Origin: Tubiluchus corallicola
Lineage: Eukaryota > Animalia > Priapulida
DNA length: 64,000 nt
Assembly: GCA_030141605.1 (NCBI GenBank)
Contig: JAQGDQ010000022.1
Coordinates: forward strand, 558,001-622,000
Direction of reading: 5' to 3'
Shown here: one piece after another, positions 1-22,400 of the stretch
How positions within the stretch are numbered: the first letter of the stretch is position 1
How the letters are laid out: the number at the start of each line of letters is the position of its first letter
Notes under the pieces: model-generated
The model's database searches: none
Seen by the model: only the letters and a program-made list of their open reading frames with translations
Told to the model about the DNA's origin: nothing
Program-made: the position numbers and the translations under genes

Positions 1-320
1 CTACATACTATTATAGTTTCATCCTGTCATGTCTATGTGTTTATCTTACATCAACTAAGTATAAGTTCATCATCACTGATTGTTGAGCTGCATTCTGTGG
101 TGGCTAGCTAGAGTACTTACACTAACTGTTGCAGCCAGCTGATCTATATGTAATGTTTGTTGCTTGGCAACTGCCATAAGATGAAGCCTTGGCTGTGTCA
201 ATAATGTTATTATTTATGTATTCATACTTTATAAACAGTCAATAATGAAATGGCAATTGAGTCGTGTTTGTGTACCATGGATTAATCTTTGTTGTCTGAT
301 TGCGGTTTAATTTATTACAG

Positions 321-10317
<9,997 letters not shown>

Positions 10318-10956
10318 TGCATGCCATACTTATTATGGATACAAGTGCTTATAATTTGTTTAGTTTATATGAATTCATTAGTTTATATTAATATTAGTTG
10401 TCTTGTATACTTCTTATTGGTGATAGCACTTGTTGCCTCAGTGTGGTAAATGCCTTGAGCTTACACATTTGATTACTTATAAAGTGAAACAAATTCGTTA
10501 TTGGCCTTTACATTTCTACGTAGTAGACAAAGTATTGGGGGTTATTGCACCCTTTTGTTGAAATTTTTTGCAATGAATTGCTTTGAGGTTTTTGTTTCAT
10601 AATTATTGGCAGTTACTACACCGTTAAATGTAATGATTTAATTATTTGTATATTACTTGAAAATTGATGTTTTTTCTTCCATATCTAGGGTCAGTGTGTC
10701 TTTCAGCTGTTTGATAGCCTGAAGAGAATTGCAAAACCTTTAAATGGTACATAGAAATAAAAACTTTGGGAAGAAAGCTGCACACATTTGAGGCAATATC
10801 GAGCGGAATGACCTAGCACGAAGACATTCAGCATTGGTTTTTTACATTGACGTTGTTTTTGTATGACGAGGCATTCCATTGTATGCATTGATATCTCAGG
10901 TTGTGTGCTTTTGTTGGAAGATAATTTTTTTACATTTTCTAGAAGCGATATTGTCC

Positions 10957-10978
10957 TGTACATAATGTCTTGTACATA
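10957..10978 (+). promoter_or_regulatory. Two adjacent Pumilio response elements (UGUANAUA) in candidate MEIOC 3'UTR
   Basis: TGTACATA at 10957-10964 and 10971-10978. Confidence 0.4.
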
Positions 10979-13900
10979 CAGAGGTGTACATTTTGTCAAA
11001 AGTTTTTCTATTTGGCATTACTGCACAAAAAATTTGACAGTAAAAAGGATTTTAGATAGCAGTAATAATGTTTGCATTGTGGGATTGTAGATAATAATGG
11101 CTGCATTGCGGAAGTGATCACCAAAGTGGTTTTAGGTGACTTGTTCGCTGTGGGATATAGTGTAGTAGGTGAAATAATTACGCGCTTTTTGTATCTTTGT
11201 GCAATGTAGTATGTAATAGATCAGCTAATTTAGGTGTTTGCCATCGCAATTCCATAGTTCAGGGTGTTGTGGCGATTTTTGACGAGCTGCTTAAATAATT
11301 TTGAATATTCAATGTGTTTGATGGAATGCGCATTGTAATATTCTGCGAGTGATTATTACTATAGTTTGCAATATATTATGTATCGCTACATTCCACGTAA
11401 TATCTATCTATATATACTATGTAGTCAAATTTCACATACGTTTGTTTGATACGCGTATATAATAATTATTATTCTCATTTTGTTGTTGTGATTATTCAGT
11501 TCCGTTAGTTTCTATATAGTTTATGTCAATGTGTGCTTAATTTAATATGGTTGTAGCTACTAGTTGTTATTTATCTTAAATTATTTTAATATTTACTGAT
11601 GAGTTTGGTATGATTTGTCCCTACAATATCAGCATCTCTCAAGTGCAGTATGCATGTAGTATATATGAGTGTGTGCATGTGTCCCATGGATGCATATGCT
11701 GTACTTGTGCTATATCAGTCATATGTATCGTTAATATGAATACATTTGAAAATGGATTTAGTGAAACAGAAAAAAAACTAGGAATCATTGAAGTAAGTAG
11801 CAAGAACTCTGGTACACGTCTAGGTTAAGCTAATGCAGAGCACAAGAGTTGTCTGATTGGGACTGGTTTGTTGTTTGCTATAGGCAATCGATGTCTTATA
11901 ATAATATATCTAAGTTTATATTCACTCGTAGTGCACATGTGTACGCACATTCATTTCATACTGTATTATATTTCATTAATTTATATGTGAGTTCTTGTAT
12001 CTTATTATGCAAGTGGCCTAGATTTTATCTAACATTTTGCTATGATTTTTGTTGTTGTCAGGGCTGCAAAAAATGGCTCACTGATAAATCAAGTGAAGTC
12101 ATTTAGCTCTGTGGAATTTGTATTTGTTTTACGATAAGGTCCTCAGCTTCACGATTGGTTCTGTTCATTAGTAGACATTGCTCCGAAATCTGAAAGCTGA
12201 GAGAATTAACTATAATAGCATTTCTTTACAAGAGTGCTTTGAGATAGTGGGTGAGTGCCACAAGTAGTCGCATACTAATATTGCCAATGTATTGTTCAAT
12301 TTTCTAGTTTATATGAAATAATTTGTAGCCAACGGTTGATGTGTTTTATTCGGAAAACAGGCATATAGACATGTAATATCATAGTTTTTAATGCAAATGT
12401 GTGAAAATAATTGATAAATGTTCGTAACTAAATTTATGTGATGATATTATATTTACTACTCTTATATTTGTTGAGAGACTTTAATATTGAAAAGGAAAAG
12501 ATTTCTAATTAGTACATAACATTCTGTGAAATGTCACAAGTCAAATTGTGAATCTGCAATGCATACAATGTTTATAATGAGTTTAAAGAGTATTGTAGGT
12601 GATAACCATCACACCTTTCAATGGTTTAACAAACCTGTCTTTCATACTAAGTTGCAAACAGTATCATTAGGGGTTATGATATCCCATGTGTAAATGCTGC
12701 CTACAGTTTGTGCCAATGTAGAACCTGTGAATGCTGGGTACAGGAGCAAATGGCAATGAGTTCTAGTGCTCACCTCTTACAAACGTCACAAAGACCAGTT
12801 TACTATTTTTGTAAAAAAAGGAAATTTCCAATTATAATATCGGGCATATTGTGTGATAGATACGTTCTTGTTTTCTACAAATAATTGCCAAGTTTGTATT
12901 CAGCCTCGTGTGGCAGTTTTGTAGTAAATGGTATTTGGGCATATCTGTCAGTTCCAAGGTTGTGAACTACTTCATTGCTGCTGTGAATAGCTTTCTAATT
13001 ACATATTCCTTAAGCATTCACTTCCATATTGCCCTTTGCTCGTGATTTTTTTGGTGAAAGGTGTGATTTTTGCAGACATTCGTGGTTAAATATTTTTGTA
13101 CTTTCGTAGTCATATTTGTATTCAGCAAGTAAGCTGCTCATCCTTGCGTTAGTGTGATAGGTGGCGTTGGAAAGAGATCATTCGTATATAGTTTTAGTGA
13201 TATTTTAGATATAACGTTAGCGTATGCTATGTACTGCTTTTGCATAATATTGCTGTCACAATTTACTACTAATGAAGTTTTGAATGCAGTTATCTGGATG
13301 TTGCCTGACATAGCACATCTTGATACTGTGTGCAGTATGTGTGCATTTTTTAAATTCATAAATTTTTTACTTTTCGTATTTTCACATCACGGAAGTGACA
13401 GCTTTTGTACCATCATGAAGCTTATATTGATATATAGATACGACAGAGACACCAGATTCCTTTCTTAATCACTAGTACATATAGAATTCTGGAAATATAG
13501 TTTCACTGTTGCAAAGTATTTATTAGAAAGAACTTAACAGCAATCAGGAATTTGGCAAATTTGCAAGACAATACCCAAGGTACATGCTACATAGGGTTGC
13601 TAGAGGACTTTGCCTAGACTTGCATTTATGGACCATTTGCTCTTGTAGAATAATATAGTGGGAGTTAGGTTATTTTTCAACACTAGCTGTCTTTTGGTGT
13701 ATACAAATTCGCTAGTGCTACCAGTTTTTTGTAAGAGTTAATTGTAATTGTTTTATTTATACTTGGCTTTTTAGCTTCTTGCAGACGTTAGGTAGTTTGT
13801 TCGGCTGCAGCTGGATGGTACAGTAGCTCAGCGTTTGTAGTTGTTTTTCTTGTAGCATTTTGTACAATAATCTTGGACTGTAGTTATAGTATAATAACCA

Positions 13901-15710
13901 AGTGAAGCAAGACTAACTGTTGGATTCGTGGTTGCTGTAGAATCAAACACTGCGCCGCCAGGTCACGAGTGTTTCTGGGTTTAAATGCAGGAGGGGTAAT
14001 TATGGTTCATTGAGTACTACCCCAATTTGCTGCCAGCTATTATAGCACATTTTGTATTCAAGCAAACCAGCATATGATATACAAAGTACTTAACTTTCTG
14101 TTAAACACGTTTATTAGCAATTATTTGTTGTGATGGTTCTAGTTGAGTTTATATTTTTCTCTAATATTATGTTCGAATCTGTAGATTTAAGGTATTATAA
14201 TATGTTAAGCCAGATATGTATTTATGTGTGTGTGTAGAATGGCTACTGGTGCATGAGTTGACATGGACTTCTAGCTGCGCTAGGTTCTTGTCAGTATGAA
14301 TGTATTGGTGTTTCTTATACGCAATAATTATTGTTCAAGTAGACGATTGTAAGTCAGAATTTTGTTACATCATCGCTTAGAAATGGCACTGTTCTCAGCT
14401 GTTCCAGCAATGGGAACGTAGGCTTTCTGGCAGACTGTGCGTCTTGTAGCCTAATTAGTGATTAATGCATTTTCCATGGTTCTGGGGTTTAACTTATTCA
14501 TTGTTATGTTTGTTATGAAAATAAAATTCCACAACTTTGCTGTTAATGTGTGACCTCCATGTGATTCCTATAGTATAACTGTATATAATATATATTGTCA
14601 ACTTGCATATGAGTAATCTGTATTTTAGAATTAGATAGCATTTCAAGCCGAATTTCAGTGTTTGCCAAAACGAAAGACTGTACATTATTACATGTGCAAC
14701 ACACTTGAACATGGGTCTTGCACACTGTAGTAACTTAGTTTTATCAGCCTAGTGCTTGATGCATATTAGCGATTTCTTGGTCTGGACTAGGTTTTGGTTA
14801 TAACTAAAATTAGGTTGAATTGAAACCAGTCTTTGTCACTGTCAGTCCATCTACATAATACGACCAAAAATTGATTAAATTGAACGCTTTTGAAAAACCG
14901 TAGCAGATAACAAAAAATACACGCCTATTTTTTCAGCTGGACACGAGTCCCGGTTTGTGAGTTATTAGTTTCAGTATGGTCTGGATTTGGTTGTTTTAGA
15001 TTTCTCTGAAATTCATTGGCAAACTTGAAATTTGTTTGAAAGCTATCTAGAAAATGAATCTCGACTGTGTAGCAATGTTATATACATGGTGTAACCGGTG
15101 TATCACTATAGAGTAATTATACATATCAGGTCAAATGAATTTAGTGTACTTAAAGTAGTCAGTATGTTTATGACATTGTCTAATTAATAATTAGCGGAGC
15201 ACTTTCATCTCCTGAAATGAATGTAGCTTCATATAGTCAAATTCTGGCCTGTTATTTTTCGTTTGAGATTTTTTTAGGAAAAAACGAGGATTGTGTTTTA
15301 CTGCCAGCAAACCTCCATTTCACAAAAGCTAGTTTTGGCCTAGTATGTGACGTCGTTATTAATGGTGCTTGAAACCCGACTCGGAACTGTCGCATATTAT
15401 AATTTCAAATACTCAGGTTTTGTATTGTCGTGGCTCATAATTATTGATGGTAGTAAACAACAGTCAAAATTTGTTAGTTAGCATCCATGCCATTGTAACA
15501 TTGTAGTCACGGCTGTAGTTCGCTGAGAGAGGTACGTTCATAATGGCTGTTTCCAAGTCGGGTAGAGTAAAGGTATTCAGTGCGAATGAAATGTTTTGAA
15601 ATGTTTGTAGACGATTTGTGATTGTTTATGGTATCACATGACAACCAGTTCAAATTTTCATATTTCTAGTAAATTTTGCTGATAATTATTATAAAGATTA
15701 TTATTAATAC

Positions 15711-15800
15711 TGTAATAAAATTACAGTTTGTTTACCACTATAGTAATCTTACGTCTTGATGTTTTTTCTTGGTTTCTAGTTTCTTGTTTCTTGCTGTGTA
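15711..15800 (+). terminator. Candidate distal polyadenylation signal of MEIOC
   Basis: TGTA overlapping AATAAA (15714-15719), followed by a GT/T-rich downstream element at about 15755-15800; the T/G-rich skew of the + strand flips to A-rich just after. Confidence 0.5.
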
Positions 15801-16447
15801 ACAAATAGAAAAAATTGCTCTGACCCATTCTTTAGAAAACATTGCTCTCTCCCATTCTTTAAAAATCACAAGTATAATGCATAATTCTTAAATACTTTGC
15901 AATGTATTATTTCCCTGGCATTCTAAGATTAGCACACTCTTACAATAAAATTCATGCAATTATTATGTACTCCTTAAGACTCTAGTAAGTAAATAATTTT
16001 CTTAGCCATCAACATTGTGCATTGCACTTAAACAATTACTCATTAAAGCAGTTCTCCACAGTTTCACTTTTGCATATGGGCAGAAAACATAGGACTTGAA
16101 GGATAAAAAAAGATTAAATACCTTGCCTTTGATCTGTGGAAACCCAAAAACCATTTAAAATCAACAGTTGAACAATTAACAATAGAAATAGAATTGACAT
16201 TTACAAGCTATATGTAACATGGACGCTCACAGCTCTGCACAAAATGATGGTGACAGTAATTGCAAAAAATAAAGACGGATAAATAGAACCTAACCTTTAA
16301 TGTCAGTAATATGACATGTCTAGCTAAGGTCACTTTCAATGCAGCCAACATACTGTCATAAAAGCTTAGTTTTTGCTTATGCACTTCTCACTTTCATTCA
16401 CACAGTTTACAACTAGATAAACCAATGACCTTCCCCACTCATAGGAA

Positions 16448-19400
16448 TTACATCTGTTGTGTTGAGTTACCATTCCATGTGGTGTTATCATCCTTATCAT
16501 CCTGTTGATTCCTCAATCGCGTAACGTTACCTTCTCGATAGCTAGAATAAGCTGATCGTGGTTGTTGCTTTTGCTCATTAGAACTGAAACATAACAGAGC
16601 CAAATGATGAAGTTGACAATTAAATTAAAGTAGGCAATAGAAAGCTACTGCCAACAGATGTACCAGATTTACATAGAGGAGAGAAAAGAAAGACAGAAAT
16701 CGCACGGATCTAATTTTGGAAGTGAATCATCTGGCATCACGATTAACAATACTTTTTGAATATTCAGTTTTCACTGTTATGCCTCTAATATGCAGTACAG
16801 GCCATATGCACATAGATCTGCGACATATTATTACGGCATGTTCAGCGTATAAAGTTTTCTCGGAAAGTGAGCTTGCCCAGTAACTCGCATGTTCAGTCTA
16901 ATTAGAGTAACTTGCCGAGGCGTTCACTCTAGACAGTAAATGAACTTGCAGCAACGGCCAGAGAGTTTGCAATTTCTTGCCGACATTAACTCGCAATGCA
17001 GTTCACTTGTGAGTTTGCTGCTAGAGAGAAAATTTGCTAGTCTGAACGCCGTTTTAAACAAGTCTGAACTCAGATCCAATGAACACACAAGTGTGTGCAA
17101 AAAAATTACCATATTTATCACTTGAATATGTCTGATTCAGTGTGGTTTGATCATGTGCAACTTATTGCTGTGTACCGTGCAAGACGTTTGGGACAATTTA
17201 TCACTTGACTATGCCAGGCCAAGGGCGGTTTACTCATGTGTGACTAAGCAGTTTGTCCTAATTTTCAAATTTTGCTCCTATATCGAGTCCTTAAACAATC
17301 CCAGACTTTTACCCATACCAAGTGTGTACACCAGAAGTAACCTTACACCAGGTGTCTCCCTGCCTGGTTTCGTGACTCTCAATACTACATGTTTGGAGTT
17401 ATTCAATGTTATGGCTCAAACTGACAGATATGCCACGTCATTGACACTTCGACTGAAATCATTGTTCACCATATTATTGTCCAAACCCAAGTTTTGTGAC
17501 TCTAGCCCTCCTTGTTTTCAAGTAAACATGCATTAAAAGTGGATGCCTAACCAAATGATGATGATGAAAAATAGCTTATGGGTTCTCCCAGTTTTATCTA
17601 CACATCTTGCAGGTAAAACACCAATGATAAAGTTTTGATGAACATATTTACAATAAATTACTCAAAAAAACAAAGAAATGTAATACACACACGCACGCAC
17701 GCACACACACACGCACATATATATAAATGAAATGTAAAAATACATTATTCCAAACTGGTAGTTAGTAACTGTTGCCTTGTCAGCAGTTTCCCAAACTTTC
17801 TGATCTCATGACCCAATCATGATCAAGGAAAATGCAAGATTCCAAGTAATCTTGAAGAATATTTAGTTAAGTAATTTAGTAATTTATGCTTACTTTTTAG
17901 CAAGTTATACAATATATAGTGAAGTTTTAATTATTATAATGATTTAGGTAGTAATTGACTTGTAAATCTATACAACCAAAAAGCTGTAATTTCGTTGAAC
18001 AAACAAAAAAAATTAAAATTGTAGATGCACTGGCTTAATGAGCATGAGCATTGCAGCAATAAGAATAGAATGTTGACACGCTAATAAATATTCAGGAGCA
18101 AAATATTTTTTAATATACAGTGGCGCCGCTTAATAGACTCAATCGCTTAATTGACTGGAACAGGCCGCTTGTATTTAAATGTACATAAAAACTGTCTGTA
18201 ATTGACTCAAATAACTCTGTATAATTGACGCAATATTTTTGTTTCAGATGCTTCAATAAGACACTTTCATGTGACTAATAAGCTTTTATGACTGTTATAT
18301 CATCTTAGTTCACTTTTGTCATATAATATGCATAGAAACAATCATGTTAAGTACCGTTTTGTTTGGATGCAGAAACGTTTATCACATGCTAATATGCTAG
18401 TCTAATGATTTGCTTTGACCTGCCCGTCCACTGCATATGACGTCATTAAACAAGAATTCCTGGAAGCTAAACATTTAGTCACTTGCTTAGCAGTTTGCTT
18501 TTGAAGTTCTGGCTGTCTTTGCCAGAAATTTTAATCAGTTAGATGTTGCTGTTATGCCAGGGACGCAGGTACAGTACGGTAAGGACGTCACAATTATAGT
18601 AAGTGGGACCTGAGGCGAAACAATAGACAAAGCTACTTGCGGGTAAATACGGGCACCACCAACAGTTTAAGAACACCAAGCACTAAGTATTTTACGTGAA
18701 TTTGTGTATCATACAACAGATTTTCAACGTTTTTATCATTACGAGAACTTTGTGAGCCAACTCCTCGCAATAAAATGAAAAGCCGACTTTGAAGGAATTT
18801 TTGTAATTTTTATTGCTAATTCACTTATATAAATTAATATTTTAAAATACTTTTTCTAATTTTTAACTGCATAAAGGAATTTAGGCATTACTTCATTTCT
18901 AAAATTCATTAAAAAGCTTTGCAGCGCATAGTAAGCTGGTGACACATACTTCTATATCAGTAATACTACACCCATCGGTTAATAGGTTCAGTCGATTAAT
19001 TAGGTCAAATCACTTCCGTCCCAAAATGAGTCTATTAAGCTACGCCTACTTTACAAACAAAAAAGAAAATGATCAGTTTGTCACTTTTTAGCTTTTTTGT
19101 ATTTTACTAGAAAAATGTTAATACCTTCTAAGTGAGAGAGGGTCTGCTCCTCATTTAAAAATAGAATTTTTTACTTTGATAAAAAAAATATTTTATAACA
19201 GCATGTTAACAAAAATGCAACTAGTGAGTGGAAAAATTCATAAAAATTTAAGAAATAATCACTAGTTAGCAGTTTCAAGTAAACATAAATACATACGATT
19301 GACTTTCGGCTTTTTGACTATGAGCTCCCATTGACGCAACTTGGCTTTCTGTTTCGTGTGTTGCAGAACTGGTCGTGCCAAATATGAATGCCCTAAGCCA

Positions 19401-22400
19401 GTTTAATAGGTAAATTAAGGGCAAAAACAATGTCCATAGGAAATTTGATCCACTATCACTTCGAGGTAACAGACTGTTATGTGCACCCTACCAAAAATGA
19501 AAATCGCACAATGACAATAACGTAACACAAGATTCAGTTACACATTCATTTTATTCAAGACACTAGTAGTGTCACCTCATGGAAGGCATCATGCAGGAGA
19601 AGCAGCCTTTCTAAGACTACCTCGAAAGCAAGTCACTCGATCACCTCATTTGGTCCAGTGCATGTAACAGTGGTGCAGAACTTAGGAACCATATTTACTT
19701 TAACACTAACAATTTCTGTTTCGTGAAATGCTAGGTTTGGCTTTTTACGTGACTAATTTAAAACAAGCTAAAGCTAAGACAAACTAGATGTTGCCATACT
19801 ACATTGTGAATCAACCGGGAAAGCCCTGGATAATTTTAATTTTTGAAATGGCAAACAATTTCACATAATTACAAAAAAAAATCATTAATCATATTAGCTG
19901 CCAAAATAAGTTTGACCTAGCATTTGCTCGTTTTTGACATTCAGTAAAAAGTACACAATGTCAATAAGGAACAAAGCGCAAGGTAGCCAAAACCAAAGGT
20001 GCAAGGCAACAAAGTGTAACTATTGCACAAAAAGTTTTCGCCATTGGCCTGAGAAGTCTTGGCCAAAGCATGGCTTCTCAAGACTGTTTCTTAGTCTGTA
20101 AACTGGCATAAAATTGCACTTTATCTCAAATTGGATTAATTTGACAATACAGATAAACTGGATCATAATTAAGTCAATATAAAATAAAGTTCAGCTATTT
20201 GCATAAAACAGTAGTGTTTGAATGTCAAGAATACCGGAATAACAAGTAAAACTGCCGTTGGAGCAAGCTGAAGGTCACGGAAGCTTGTTGAAGCATCTGG
20301 TGCACCATAGACACGCATTGGAAATGTTGTCTTCAATGTGAAGTTCCCATATTTATTGCCAACTCTCTAAAACATAGCAGATGGATTAAGTCTTGACAGA
20401 TTTTAACTTAAAAATATTTTACCAGACATATACGGTTCACGTTTTTCAAACAAAATAATAAACATAAAAACCAATCATGATTTGGAATTGGAGGTCAAAT
20501 CATGAATGTATGAGTTCACACGATTATTGTATATATTTTCATAATGCTTCATGTACATGTAACAAAGCAGGAAAACATTAGCCAGTCATAGAAACAAATG
20601 GCAAATGATCATCTTCAGTTTAAGGACTGGACCCAAATCGCTACTCGTCTGAATGTTGTTCTTGTTCTTGTTGGGGGATGACCTTTTGAAGAAAGCCTAA
20701 GGCTGTGTGAATTCACAATAGATTGTAATGTAACTTCACAGGAATATACTAGAATGAATTGTGTCAAGATGGAGTCGGATTTTTGTTCAGCCACTTTGTG
20801 TTCCAGATGAGTTCAACATCATTTTCAAAAAACAGTTTAGGGCTCTGCAAGTTCGCAATTGATTGCCACGAAATTCTACAGAAATATACTAGAATGAATT
20901 CCACATCGACAAGCAGAGTTGGATTTTTAATTAAAGATGGCGGCAACAATATCATTTTTGAGGTCTAAGGCTCTGCCACTTCGAAAAGGACGTTATGAAG
21001 CTTGCAGGAATTTACTGGAACAAGTTCTGCATTGACAATCGAATTTGTATTGAAGCGAATTATCGATTTGCCACTTTGAATTCAAGATGGCAGTAATAAC
21101 ATAATTTTCAAAAAAGCCCAAGGCTCTACAAATTTGTTCTGGCTTGTCAGGAAATTTCATAGAAACATACTAAAATGAATTCCACACCGAATGACAGAGT
21201 GGATTTTCGATGCGCCATTTGGCATTCAAGAAAGCAGTGATAGCATCATTTTCGAAAAATACTAAGACTACATCAATTCACAACGGACCATCATGAAACT
21301 TTATAGGAATATGCTAGCACGAATTCTGCATCGACTGACGAGTCAGTCTTTCGATTTCCAATCTTGAATTCAAGATGGCAGCACTGATGTTTCTTCAATT
21401 CACGCTTTTGAGATCAGGGAGTCCCTTGACCATTAATTCAAGTCGAATTTGTTATTCTACAGACGATAAACTATTTGTGACGGTAATGTCAAGAAATAAC
21501 TAAAAATTACCTCAAATATAAACGTTAAGGCTTGTTGAAATAGTTGATCGGCATCAAAGGACTGTGTGATAAACGAGCCATCGGGTAATCTGAATTGGAT
21601 ACGAGCTTTCGTACTACAGAAAAAAAAGAAAAACAAATGAAATGCATTTATTACAGAAAGTCAATTTACAAAAGATATGCGGCACATTTGGCAAAAGAGT
21701 ATGCTAAGAAAGTTTGCTCATAATAACCAAACTTGTCAACTTACAATATAAAAACAGATAAAGTATTAGCTCAACAGAAAACCACAAAAATATATAACAA
21801 AACTGTCTTTCCGATTGCTAGAAGTCTACATTTTCTTGCTTACTAATTTACTTTACTTACATAATGCACACAGTTATAGTTTTGTAATTCAGAAAATAAC
21901 CGACAAAAAATGAAGTTTCTATAACAATCGAACTGACGTACCTCGCAGCAGCTGCTTTCGCTTGTGCTTCTGACTGCTGTTCCTGAAGCTTTCGCGCCTT
22001 TGCTGCTTGAATTTCAGCTTCTCTTTCTTGCATTTCCCTATTATACCGTGCTGCTTTCTCTGCCCTATAAGATATGCAGAATTACTTTTCTTCTCAGGTT
22101 AAAGTTATTAAGCAAGGTAAGTTTAAACTAACCCACGAAACCTAATCTATTCTACTTTAATCTAATCCAATCGAAATCTAACTAGCCAAACTTAACCTAA
22201 CGTAACCTGCATTATTCAAACTAATTTAACATAACCTGACTTAATCTGATTCAGTTTAAGTTTAGCTTTACAACAGTCTAAAAGCAACAAAATGTAAAAA
22301 ATCAATAACACACTGACCTGTCTTGAGCTATCTGCTGCTTAACTCTTTCTCTCGCATCTCTTTCTTCCATTTTTTCTCTCCTCTGTTCTTCTTTGATCTT

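Noticed and set aside
10703-14725. Several 60-104 aa ORFs downstream of MEIOC
   Set aside because: No recognisable motifs or consistent splice structure; the composition fits UTR or intergenic sequence.
19960-20095. Possible extra UBXN4 exon after an acceptor-like TTTACAG
   Set aside because: In-frame TGA after five codons; exon 19487-19297 gives the expected continuation.
20741-21385. Repeat array considered as a CRISPR array
   Set aside because: Eukaryotic intron; the units are long diverged tandem copies with no identical repeats, no unique spacers and no cas genes.
22110-22265. TAACC/TAATC pentamer run resembling a TTAGG telomeric repeat
   Set aside because: Highly degenerate, short and intronic; better explained as simple low complexity.
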